Positions 21,513 to 30,560 of a DNA stretch of 64,000 nucleotides are shown in pieces. The notes under the pieces are model-generated. The model searched no databases, was not told where the DNA came from, and saw nothing but the letters and a program-made list of their open reading frames with translations. Numbering within the stretch: the stretch's first letter is position 1; each line of letters begins with the position of its first letter. Position numbers and translations under genes: made by a program. The DNA is taken from positions 416,001-480,000 of the forward strand of contig CAWCNY010000002.1 of assembly GCA_963797095.1 (NCBI GenBank), in the 5' to 3' direction. The DNA comes from an uncultured Chloroflexia bacterium (GTDB taxonomy: Bacteria > Chloroflexota > Chloroflexia > QHBQ01 > JADMIH01).

Positions 21513-22377
21513 GCATCTCCAGGAAGCGCACCATTACCGCGATATATTCTCCGCGCCTGGTGACGGAGGCTGCGTGACCCCCCTCTTTGAAGGTTACGAC
21601 TGTTGCTTGCGGATAAAGCCTGCGCAACGCGGCCCGCTCCTGCGCCGGGAATACCAAATCGCTCTCGGCTTCCAGGATAAGCACTCTGCCCGGCCATTCA
21701 TCCAGGTCATGCGGCGTAAAACGGCTGCGCCTGTCGAATTCTACCCACACCTTTCCACGCCCGATGCACTCTTCCTTGCTGATCGTCGAGATCATCTCGC
21801 GGAAATACGCACTCCAAAACGCCCGGTCCACGGCGATCTCACGTACAAAAAGATAGGCCCCCACCCTCCACATTGCTCGTATCGCAGAGAGAGGCAGCAC
21901 TTCAAGTACATGCAAGTAGCGCGCATACTGACCGGCTCTCCCAGGTCTCGGTGCGCCTGTATTTGATAGCACAAGGTTGCTGACCATATCAGGAAAACGG
22001 CGCACAAAGCTTTGTGCGATCAACCCGCCATAAGACCCGCCAATCAGGCATGCCTTTCCGACCCCCTCGGCCTTCATCAGGCCCGCCAGGCCAAGCAACG
22101 TCTCCCCTAGAGTGGACGATTGCCCAGGATAAGTGGGCGCGATGATCCTGTAATTGTCTTCAAGCCCCAAAATATATCGGAAAGTTGATTCCGCCCGCCC
22201 TGGCGCTCCCGGCAGCAACAGCAATGTCTGCGCACCCCGCCCGCACGCCACGTACTCCCAATCGACCCCGCGTATTCGTACGGTGCGGGCCGGATAGCGG
22301 TCCCTGAACCTGTATAAATCTTCCAGGGGCCTCTTCCTGGTAGAAAGAGCCACCTGACCGCCAATATCGTGTATCAC
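21499..22377 (-). CDS. Alpha/beta fold hydrolase
   Basis: LLLLPG, nucleophile elbow GGSYGG, Asp in ESD and His in GGH. Confidence 0.85.
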   Translation of the reverse strand: MIHDIGGQVALSTRKRPLEDLYRFRDRYPARTVRIRGVDWEYVACGRGAQTLLLLPGAPGRAESTFRYILGLEDNYRIIAPTYPGQSSTLGETLLGLAGLMKAEGVGKACLIGGSYGGLIAQSFVRRFPDMVSNLVLSNTGAPRPGRAGQYARYLHVLEVLPLSAIRAMWRVGAYLFVREIAVDRAFWSAYFREMISTISKEECIGRGKVWVEFDRRSRFTPHDLDEWPGRVLILEAESDLVFPAQERAALRRLYPQATVVTFKEGGHAASVTRRGEYIAVMVRFLEMHAEP

Positions 22378-22386
22378 GTATCACGC

Positions 22387-23508
22387 TCAAGCGTCGCGCT
22401 TCGCGTTTCGCGCAAATCTCTGCCTTAGCGGTACGGCGGGCCGCGCACCCGCCGGGGCGGGATTGGTCTCCGTGAGGTCTACTTGCTCCAGGCGATATAC
22501 GGCCACCCCGGCGCAGATAAGCACCACCGCGCCCGTGATGTAGCCCACCAGCAGGTCGGCCTGCATCACCACCAGGGCGGCCACCCCCAGCGCTGCCTGC
22601 ACCAGATAGAGCACCAGCACTGCTTCGCGCTTTGTCAGGCCCATCGCCACCAGCCTGTGCGAGAAGTGATCCTTCCCTCCCCTGCTGATAGGGATGCCCC
22701 GCCTGATGCGCGATAGCGTCACCAGAGTGGTATCGAACAGCGGCACCCCAAGCACCAGCAACGGCACCATCCAGGTCACGCGATCGCCTGCTATGCTGTC
22801 GGGGAAGCGCAGCTTGATACCGACCGCCGCCAGTATGAACCCCAGCAGCAGCGACCCGGTATCGCCCATGAAGATCTCGCCGGGCTTGAAGTTGTAATAT
22901 AAGAACCCTATGCACCCGCCCAGCAACACCGCCGACAGCGGTGCAACGAGGTACTGGTTGGTCAGGGTAGCGATCAGGAAGAAGAACACCGAGGCAACCG
23001 CCGCCACACCACCCGCCAGCCCGTCCATGTTGTCCATGAGGTTGAGCGCGTTGGTGATCGTAACCACCCATAGAACGGTGGTTATATAGTTCAGCGCCCC
23101 ACTGTGCAGGAATTGAATCTGAACCCCGGTGAAATAGAGCAGCGACGCTGCCCCCACCTGCCCTGCCAGCTTGGCGACTGGCCTCAGCCCCCACTTATCG
23201 TCCCATACCCCTAGCATCGACATGACGGTGCCACCGATCAGGATGGAGGCCGCTTGCTGTACATAATCGAGGTGCCCTGAAACCAGCAGGGCCAGGATCA
23301 CAGCCAGGTAGATCGCCGCTCCGCCTAGCAGGGGCACGGGGTTAGCGTGTATCTTGCGAGCCGATGGGGCATCAAGCACGTCGAAGCGCCGCGCCAGCCT
23401 CTGCACTACAGGCACCGCCACCGCCGAGAAGACTATGGCCGCCAGGAAGATCAGCAGCAAGGGGCCGAGAGAAGCGTTAGGTTCAATAGGCAGGGTTTGT
23501 AGGGTCAT
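22387..23508 (-). CDS. MraY/WecA/TagO-family polyprenyl-phosphate GlcNAc-1-P transferase
   Basis: RKIH..P.P.LGG, G.WDD, NALNLMDNMDGL, IFMGDTGS, DHFSHRL. Start estimated at the ATG at 23508. Confidence 0.92.
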   Translation of the reverse strand: MTLQTLPIEPNASLGPLLLIFLAAIVFSAVAVPVVQRLARRFDVLDAPSARKIHANPVPLLGGAAIYLAVILALLVSGHLDYVQQAASILIGGTVMSMLGVWDDKWGLRPVAKLAGQVGAASLLYFTGVQIQFLHSGALNYITTVLWVVTITNALNLMDNMDGLAGGVAAVASVFFFLIATLTNQYLVAPLSAVLLGGCIGFLYYNFKPGEIFMGDTGSLLLGFILAAVGIKLRFPDSIAGDRVTWMVPLLVLGVPLFDTTLVTLSRIRRGIPISRGGKDHFSHRLVAMGLTKREAVLVLYLVQAALGVAALVVMQADLLVGYITGAVVLICAGVAVYRLEQVDLTETNPAPAGARPAVPLRQRFARNAKRDA

Positions 23509-23548
23509 TTGCGTGAGGCAGGAGGTCTTTATTGGACCTCCGAGGCGG

Positions 23549-26500
23549 TTACGGGCTGCTTGGTTGAAGCGCTTGTAGCGCACTCAAGGCATTGCTATTC
23601 GTCGGTTGAAGTGTCAGGGCGCGGTTATAGGCTGTGATGGCCGCGCTATCCTCGCCCAGCGTCGTATAGATAACCCCTAACCCGTAGTAGTCCACAGCGG
23701 CGCGGTCGGCTGGAATCTTCACATCGTCAGAGAGCCAATCGCCCGTGCCATCCCCGTTTACAGTAGCCCACTGGCTGTTTGTCCACAGATTTTGGAGGGT
23801 CGTGTCGTCCACCTGATCGCCGGTGACCGATACCCCGTGCCCTCTCACGGCATCCGCGAGGGCGGTTTCCTGCTTCGCTATGTCGTTCTTGAACCCCTGT
23901 GCAAGAGTGTCCGTCAGCACATTGGTCAACTGAGCCTCGGTCAGCGAGCTATTGGTGTTGGTGAAGGGCTTGGCCGCATCCACGAAGAACTGTACACGCG
24001 ATTGGTACTGGTCGTCCACCATCTGCGTCGGGTCTTTCTCAACGGTCTCGGAGTACGCCTTGCCTGCCTCCAGCACCAGTTTGCCGAAGTCGTTTTCTCC
24101 GTCTGTAGGCAATGTGCCTCCCGCGATCAGGAGATTCTGAACGTTAGCAGCGCGCTCCTGGTACAACTGGCCGAGGATGAGCGGCGTGCGGGCATAGAGC
24201 GGATCGAGCTGTCGCGAGTGGTCAAGGGCCGCAACGGCATCGTTGAACCGGTTATTGCGTGTGTAAGCCACCGATAGTTCGTCCCACAGTTGAGCGTTCT
24301 GGGGAGTATGTTCTGTCGCCTCCTCCATCCACTGCATAGCCAGCGGCGCGTATGAAGGGTCGTTGCCTCCCGACGGGTCGGCCCAGTACAGGTAGAGCCT
24401 GCCCAGGTTAGCATAGTGGTCCGTATTGAGCGGGCTGAGCGCGTTGGCTTTCTTCAGTATTACTTCGCTTTGGCGCAGGCGATAAAGCTTCTCGGCGGCT
24501 TTTTGCTGTTGTGCCGTCAGCGCATCGTCTGCCCAGGCCGTGCCTACGCGGCGGTTATATGGCTCCTGGTCCACGGCCTTGGCCGCTTCCAGGTAAGCTC
24601 GCCCCTCGAACAGGTAGTAATAGTCCTGGTTAGGCTGCAAACTCAACGCTTCGTCGTAATAGGTGATGCTGCCGGGATAGTCCGTCGGCGGATTGGTGCT
24701 GTGGTCGGTCTCCTCAAGGTATCTACCCGCGCTATCATACGCCTGCGCCTGCTTGAACAGTGTGTCGGCCTTCACCGTTGCCACGTTCACTGTGAAGATC
24801 ATTACCAGCGCGATAAGCGCCGCCACCCCGTACAGAACCAGCATGATAGGATTTCGTACCCACTGGCCCGAAGAGGAGCCGCCCCGGTTAGGGTTGTACG
24901 GCACGGAAGCGCGCGGCCTCCTCCCATCGGAGGGGCGCGTAGCGCCCGCCACGGAGGGGCCTTGCCCGCCGCGCCCCTCGGGCCTCTGAGTTCCACGTCC
25001 CTGGGCCGAGCCTACCGGTTGCGAGCCACCCTGCCTGCTGCGCCGCGCGCCCTGACCTGTTGTCTGCCCCGCGCCTTGCGATCTGCCGTTGCCGGTGGCC
25101 TGCATTGTGGCCTGGGTGCGCCCCCCTCCTCTTGCGCCTGCAACTGCCGCCACGGGGCGTGCCTCTGCCGCGATCTCCTCGGCCACCACGGCACCGTCCC
25201 CGTTCGCAGCGCCGTTAGTTGCGGGCTGCGCGGCTACGATCTCAGCGCTTTCTTCAACCGGGCGCAGGTAATTGTTCATGTAGTAGCCGAAGGCTACCAT
25301 CATGCCTATGATCAGGTAGAAATAGGTCCACGTAGAGGCTATCTGGATGCCTGTTTGTATCTCGATGAAGTGCGAGGCTATAGCGGCAAGCAGCGTGACC
25401 CCGAATAACTGGTCTGTCGTATTCTTCGCTCGCTTGATCAGACGGAGAGCGAAGAAGAAGAACGAACCCACCAGGAAATAATAGGCTAACAGGCCCATCG
25501 CGCCCATCGTCACAAGATGATCGAACTCCACGTTGTGCGAGCGGTCGGGGGTGGCGTTCCTCAATTCCACCTGCGACAATTCAGCCGGGTAGAACCTGTT
25601 GTATGCCACGTACATCGCTTCCGGCCCCCAGCCGATGATAGCGCGAGGCGCATCGGATAATATCAATTGGGTTGCGCCCTGCCAGATCAGGCTACGTACC
25701 TTGCCCGTACCATCCTCTGTGCGTGTGAGGGTGCTCAGGCGCTCGATGCCCCTGCCAATAATGGGGAGGCCATCCAGTTTCGCTAACGGTGAATCGGGGA
25801 TGTTCAGCGCTCCCACGAAGAGTGCGAGCACCAGCACGCCAGCCGAGGCCACGCCGCCTATGCGACGCATCCAGAAGACGTTGCGGGTTCTGCCGATAAG
25901 CCACAGCGCCACCATGAAGGTGACTATGCCTGTGCCCAGCCCGAGCCAGGGACCACGGCTCTGAGTGAGGTAAATACAGAGCAACTGGATAGCCAGCAGC
26001 ACGCCATAAGCCACGTTGAGAGACGAGCGCACGATACCCCTGTGCTGGTCGGCGTAGCCTTCCTCACGCTCACGAGCCGCCAGCGCGTAGAGGCCCGCCG
26101 ACAGTGATGCCCACAGCAGGAAGAAGAAGACCGCCCACAAGAGTCCCGCACCGTCAAAGTCCAGTTGGAAAGCCATTGATTGGTCGGCCAGTTTCCATTT
26201 TATGGGGAGGGCCAGGAATGACGTAAGGAATACCGCCGCCCCCACGATTGGCATTACCAGGCTGACCTGAGAGGGATCGTCCCGCTTGGTTCCAAGCCAC
26301 TCCAACATCCAGACTACCAGCCCGAAAACGATCAAGCCTAGCGGCATCAGCCACCAGGTGCGCCCATCCGGGTAGGGCAACCCGGCCATCATATTCAGGA
26401 TCATGTAGAAGAACATGAGGCTTGCCAGGATCGCCCCCGCGCCGTTGGCGATCACCGCCCACCCATAGCTGGGCAGTTCGGCGTAGCGCGTGCGCTTGCT

Positions 26501-27295
26501 GCTCCTGGCGCGTGCCCCATCAAGCTCGACTTCTTCTTGCGCCATCGCGGCCCTGTGTGATGTTAGAGCGCCGCTTATGCCCGTGATCAACCGGTAGATG
26601 GTGAAAGGCACCACCATAATCAGCCACGCCGCCACGAAGATCGCATTGCCCATCGAGGACGCCACGCGGGTAGACGTATCGCCTGCCCAGGGGAGCGGAT
26701 CGAGGTGCATTGCCTGGATAACCCCGTAGAGGGCTACCGGCAGCGAGGTGAGCACCATAAAGTTGGCCAGCCGGTTCAGTTGTGCGAGCGTTCGCAGGTT
26801 GGCTAGCACCAGTATCCCCAGCATCATGTAGCTGTACTGCGAATACGTCCCCTGTAAACGCTGGTAAGAACCCCACCATGTGGCATCAGGGGTGACGGTG
26901 AAGATCGAGCTTATGAAATAAGCCAGCGCGTACAGCACGATGGCGAGCACCATCGGTATGCGCAGGAAACCGAGCCATGAGGGCAACCACGATGGGCTGG
27001 CAGTCTCTACAACGCTTGCGACGGCCCCACCGGCCTTGCTTCCGCGCCCGGCCTGGGGTGCCGAGGTAGTCGCTTGAGAAGATTCGCGCCAGCCGCGCCA
27101 GCCTGCCTCACCCAATTTGATGATCCACGCCACCACCATAAGCAGCACGAACGTCCGCACAGTAGAGATCTTGTCCGGCTCGAATACCCGGCTAGAATAG
27201 ACATTGAAGTACAATGGCGCGAAAATGGCCGCTGCCAGCCAGCCGATCTCTATTGCCTTGTCCGCGTATTGACCTAACCTTGTCGACAAATCCAT
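23549..27295 (-). CDS. O-antigen ligase-like (Wzy_C) membrane protein with C-terminal TPR region
   Basis: Multiple TM helices, S.MGN..F, TQSRGPWLG, R..IW, GWGPE, DRSHN, then TPR-like helices. Start at the ATG at 27295 (AAGGAG). Confidence 0.85.
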   Translation of the reverse strand: MDLSTRLGQYADKAIEIGWLAAAIFAPLYFNVYSSRVFEPDKISTVRTFVLLMVVAWIIKLGEAGWRGWRESSQATTSAPQAGRGSKAGGAVASVVETASPSWLPSWLGFLRIPMVLAIVLYALAYFISSIFTVTPDATWWGSYQRLQGTYSQYSYMMLGILVLANLRTLAQLNRLANFMVLTSLPVALYGVIQAMHLDPLPWAGDTSTRVASSMGNAIFVAAWLIMVVPFTIYRLITGISGALTSHRAAMAQEEVELDGARARSSKRTRYAELPSYGWAVIANGAGAILASLMFFYMILNMMAGLPYPDGRTWWLMPLGLIVFGLVVWMLEWLGTKRDDPSQVSLVMPIVGAAVFLTSFLALPIKWKLADQSMAFQLDFDGAGLLWAVFFFLLWASLSAGLYALAAREREEGYADQHRGIVRSSLNVAYGVLLAIQLLCIYLTQSRGPWLGLGTGIVTFMVALWLIGRTRNVFWMRRIGGVASAGVLVLALFVGALNIPDSPLAKLDGLPIIGRGIERLSTLTRTEDGTGKVRSLIWQGATQLILSDAPRAIIGWGPEAMYVAYNRFYPAELSQVELRNATPDRSHNVEFDHLVTMGAMGLLAYYFLVGSFFFFALRLIKRAKNTTDQLFGVTLLAAIASHFIEIQTGIQIASTWTYFYLIIGMMVAFGYYMNNYLRPVEESAEIVAAQPATNGAANGDGAVVAEEIAAEARPVAAVAGARGGGRTQATMQATGNGRSQGAGQTTGQGARRSRQGGSQPVGSAQGRGTQRPEGRGGQGPSVAGATRPSDGRRPRASVPYNPNRGGSSSGQWVRNPIMLVLYGVAALIALVMIFTVNVATVKADTLFKQAQAYDSAGRYLEETDHSTNPPTDYPGSITYYDEALSLQPNQDYYYLFEGRAYLEAAKAVDQEPYNRRVGTAWADDALTAQQQKAAEKLYRLRQSEVILKKANALSPLNTDHYANLGRLYLYWADPSGGNDPSYAPLAMQWMEEATEHTPQNAQLWDELSVAYTRNNRFNDAVAALDHSRQLDPLYARTPLILGQLYQERAANVQNLLIAGGTLPTDGENDFGKLVLEAGKAYSETVEKDPTQMVDDQYQSRVQFFVDAAKPFTNTNSSLTEAQLTNVLTDTLAQGFKNDIAKQETALADAVRGHGVSVTGDQVDDTTLQNLWTNSQWATVNGDGTGDWLSDDVKIPADRAAVDYYGLGVIYTTLGEDSAAITAYNRALTLQPTNSNALSALQALQPSSP

Positions 27296-27433
27296 CTCCT
27301 TTGTTCTACCTGACAGCGCAAGCTGCCTGTTAATACCCTGAATAGCACCAAGTATTGGAGGCGGGGATGGTATCGAACCGATCCCCACGGATCATGTGCC
27401 TATAGACTATACCACATGATGAACATCGGGCCA

Positions 27434-29248
27434 CTATGCGATCAAAGACCTGGCTCCATTTTTCAGCCGCATAGTCTCGCGAAGCATTTCACGCGCGTTC
27501 TCCAACGACGCGGGGGATACGGGCACTCCGCCTATCATCGCCGCGATCTCTTGCTCCTGCTCCTCGGTGTCCAACCTGTCGACCCGTGTGCGGGTGCGGT
27601 CGTCCACCACCTGTTTGGTGATCTTGAAATGGTCATCGGCGAAGGCCGCGATCTGCGGTAGGTGCGTGATGCACACTACCTGGTGGCTGGAAGTGAGCGC
27701 CCAAAGTTTCTCGCCCACCACGCCGCCGCTGCGCCCGCCCACACCCACATCCACTTCGTCGAATACAAGTGTGGGCGTGAGGTCGGCCTCGCTCAATATA
27801 GATTTCAGCGCCAGCATGATACGCGAAGTCTCCCCCCCGGACGCGATCTTAGCCATCGGCTTCAATGGCTCGCCGGGATTGGGCGAAATCAGGAACTCCA
27901 CTCTATCTACGCCTTTGTCCGAATATGCCCACCGCCCATCCATTCCGGGCTGTGGCACTCCGTCTTGCGCCCGCGCCTGCGTAATCTCCACCTCGAAACG
28001 CGCCGAGCCCATCAGCAGGTCCTTCATAGCTGCTTCAACCGCACGGGCCAGCTTTTCCCCGGCCTCTTGCCTGCGTTGCGACATTCTTGCTCCCAGCGCG
28101 CCAATCTCCTCGGCTAACCGCTCGCTTTGCTCCTGGAGCCTCGCGATCCTCTCCTCGCTGTGGGTGATAGTGTCCAATTCCTCGGCGGCCTGCCCCCCAA
28201 ACGCAATGACCTCTTCGATGCTCGGGCCGTATTTGCGCTTAAGCTCATGTATGAGGGATAACCGCTCTTCGATCTCAAGGAGGCGCTCAGGGTCGTGCTC
28301 CACGGTCTCGCGATACTGCCGCAGGGTGCGCCCCATCTCTTCCACGCTGTCGTAGATCGCCGCCAGCGCTACTTCGTGCTCTCCCATCGAGGGATCAAGC
28401 CGCGCCAATTCGGCAAGCATCCCTGACGCCTCGGCTACCGAGTCGCGCACTGATGTTCCGACGCTCCCCCTTGCGGCGCGCCTTTCATAGCCGCCATCCT
28501 CGTCTTTACCCTCGATCAGCAGGGCGTAAATCGAATCGCATAATGAAGAAAGGCGCTCTGCATTGGACAGGCGCGACCTCTCGTTCGCCAGCTCTATATC
28601 TTCGCCTCCTTGCAGGCCGGCTTTGTCAATCTCTTCCACCTGGAAGGTCAGCAAATCAGCACGCCTGGCAAGCTCGCGCTCATCGCGTTGGAGGTCGCGT
28701 AGCTCCTTCTGGGTGGCGCGCAATCTCGCTACCATTTCGGCCATCTCTTTGCGCTCGTTGCGCAGGCCCGAAAATTCATCCAGCAAATCGATGTGGGTGG
28801 TCGAGCGCAACAGCGACACATGTTCGCTCTGCCCGTGAATATCGACCAGCACCTCGCCTATTGCTTGGAGCACGGGCAAATTCACCATACGCCCGTTTAC
28901 GCGGGCCACCGTTCGCCCACTGCTGTTGATCTCGCGCGAGATTATTACCGATTCATCGGAGTTATCGTCTGTGTCGAGTAGCCCGGCATCGCTCAGCAGA
29001 GAGAGGAGAGCCTGTCGCGAAGGAGGCAGTAGCGCTGCCAGGTCGAACTGGCCCTCAACTCGCGCCGACGGAGCGCCGTGCCGCACAAACTCCGGCCCTA
29101 CCTTAGAGCCGAGCAGCGCGCCCAGCGCGTCAATGATGATCGACTTGCCAGCGCCCGTTTCCCCGGTCAGCGCGTTGAAACCGGGCCCCAGGCGCAAATA
29201 GAGCCTGTCTATGATGGCGAAGTTAGAAATGTTGAGTTCGGCCAGCAT
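27434..29248 (-). CDS. recN: DNA repair protein RecN
   Basis: TGETGAGKS Walker A, IHGQ, ASGGE.SR, LVFDEVDVGVGG, QVVCITHLPQIAA. Confidence 0.98.
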   Translation of the reverse strand: MLAELNISNFAIIDRLYLRLGPGFNALTGETGAGKSIIIDALGALLGSKVGPEFVRHGAPSARVEGQFDLAALLPPSRQALLSLLSDAGLLDTDDNSDESVIISREINSSGRTVARVNGRMVNLPVLQAIGEVLVDIHGQSEHVSLLRSTTHIDLLDEFSGLRNERKEMAEMVARLRATQKELRDLQRDERELARRADLLTFQVEEIDKAGLQGGEDIELANERSRLSNAERLSSLCDSIYALLIEGKDEDGGYERRAARGSVGTSVRDSVAEASGMLAELARLDPSMGEHEVALAAIYDSVEEMGRTLRQYRETVEHDPERLLEIEERLSLIHELKRKYGPSIEEVIAFGGQAAEELDTITHSEERIARLQEQSERLAEEIGALGARMSQRRQEAGEKLARAVEAAMKDLLMGSARFEVEITQARAQDGVPQPGMDGRWAYSDKGVDRVEFLISPNPGEPLKPMAKIASGGETSRIMLALKSILSEADLTPTLVFDEVDVGVGGRSGGVVGEKLWALTSSHQVVCITHLPQIAAFADDHFKITKQVVDDRTRTRVDRLDTEEQEQEIAAMIGGVPVSPASLENAREMLRETMRLKNGARSLIA

Positions 29249-29257
29249 GCTTTCCTT

Positions 29258-29270
29258 ATTATACTATAAT
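29258..29270. promoter_or_regulatory. Back-to-back -10 hexamers (divergent promoter)
   Basis: ATTATA-C-TATAAT between divergent recN and the cupin gene. Confidence 0.55.
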
Positions 29271-29304
29271 GGGACGCATAATCTCTATTCCGAAAGGACA
29301 TGCT

Positions 29305-29709
29305 ATGGCTGAAGGAGTAGTCGTTGTTCGCCCGCCTGCGGAGTCGATGTCAAAGCAAAAGCTACCCTACTTTGTTGGTATTTCGGGAGCTACAGCAGGG
29401 GCAAAAGGCATCTCCATGAACTTGATAATCATCCCGGCGGGTGGTGCTGCGGAACCCCATCTCCATAAAGGCTACGAAACCGCCATTTACCTTCTAAAAG
29501 GGAGGGTAAATACGCGCTACGGTCTCAATCTGCGCGAGTCCGTAATCTGCGAAACTGGCGATTTCATCTTTATAGGGCCTGATGTGCCCCACCAGCCCGT
29601 CAACCTGAGCCAGACCGAGCCTGCTATGGCCCTCGTGGCCCGCAACGATCCCAACGAGCAAGAGAGCGTAGTGCCCTATGAATTGGAGGATGACGAAGGA
29701 CGAAGGTAG
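29305..29709 (+). CDS. Cupin domain protein
   Basis: PH.H...ETAIY...G and GDF.FI.PDVPHQP. AAAGGA RBS before the ATG at 29305. Confidence 0.9.
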   Translation: MAEGVVVVRPPAESMSKQKLPYFVGISGATAGAKGISMNLIIIPAGGAAEPHLHKGYETAIYLLKGRVNTRYGLNLRESVICETGDFIFIGPDVPHQPVNLSQTEPAMALVARNDPNEQESVVPYELEDDEGRR

Positions 29710-29734
29710 TTAGCCTTCGTCCTTCGCCTTTCGT
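29692..29734. repeat. Inverted heptamer repeats between convergent genes (terminator-like)
   Basis: GACGAAG x2, then CCTTCGT CCTTCGC CTTTCGT. Confidence 0.75.
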
Positions 29735-29751
29735 ATTCCCGCCGGATTGAC

Positions 29752-30345
29752 TTACAATTTCGTCTGTCGCTGTGTGTTGCTGTAAACGCTGGAAGTTGTG
29801 CGGTTGGTGCCAAGGGCCAGTTCGGCCAGCTTGGTGATGCCCCACGCGAGCAGCAGATACACAACTATAGCTACAAGCAACTCGAATTCGATGACGCCTG
29901 CGCCCGCCGCTCCCGGATAGGTGATTGAGTTGCCGAATAACCCGGCAAACGGAGCTACCATCCAGCCTGTGAGGTTATAGACCAGTTGTGCGAAGCCTGC
30001 GCTCTCATTCGCGCCTGCTGCCAGCAGCACGAACCGGAGCAGGAGCAAAATAGACATGATCCCGACGAGGAACCACACGATCCGGCTGAACCAATCCACC
30101 GCAGCTAACTTCTCGCTTGCGGGGTCGATCACTTGCTCGGCCACATTGCGCTGCATCACCCTGTCGCTGGGGGCTGTGCTGGATGTTTGCACGGTGGTGG
30201 CGCTCCCAACGGGCGTTGGCGCGACAGGGGTCGTTCCGACCACTCCCGGCGTGCCGACGGTCGTCTGGCTAACTACGCTTTCCTGAGGTTCACCTTCAAC
30301 CATTGTCTCTTCATTGCGTATAACCTGTCTCTGGTTATCGCCCAT
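29752..30345 (-). CDS. YggT-family membrane protein
   Basis: LLLRFVL...GAN...F...VY.LT...VAPF.GLF plus TM helices. GGAGG RBS. Confidence 0.75.
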   Translation of the reverse strand: MGDNQRQVIRNEETMVEGEPQESVVSQTTVGTPGVVGTTPVAPTPVGSATTVQTSSTAPSDRVMQRNVAEQVIDPASEKLAAVDWFSRIVWFLVGIMSILLLLRFVLLAAGANESAGFAQLVYNLTGWMVAPFAGLFGNSITYPGAAGAGVIEFELLVAIVVYLLLAWGITKLAELALGTNRTTSSVYSNTQRQTKL

Positions 30346-30494
30346 TCTGTTCCTCCTTTCCTACCAGCTTGAATGATGGTTACTTTAGTGCCGGTAAGGA
30401 TCCACTACACTAATAGTTCAAGTCGTAATTGCACCACGCCTGTGCAGTTATCTCCTAGAAAAGCATAAAACGTGCCACCCCACTTCCTGTTGAA

Positions 30495-30519
30495 GGAACT
30501 TCGCGCAATATGGAGCGTT
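30495..30519 (+). promoter_or_regulatory. Putative ECF-type promoter
   Basis: GGAAC-N16-CGTT, about 40 nt upstream of the gene at 30561. Confidence 0.5.
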
Positions 30520-30560
30520 ATACCTAATGAGCGGAGTAGATTCCGCCAGGAGGATAGACA

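Noticed and set aside
22160-25408. Long alternative-frame ORFs (e.g. 22160-23194, 24416-25408; also 7143-7916, 8607-9527, 54703-55683)
   Set aside because: Shadow ORFs of well-supported genes in GC-rich DNA, with no recognisable motifs.
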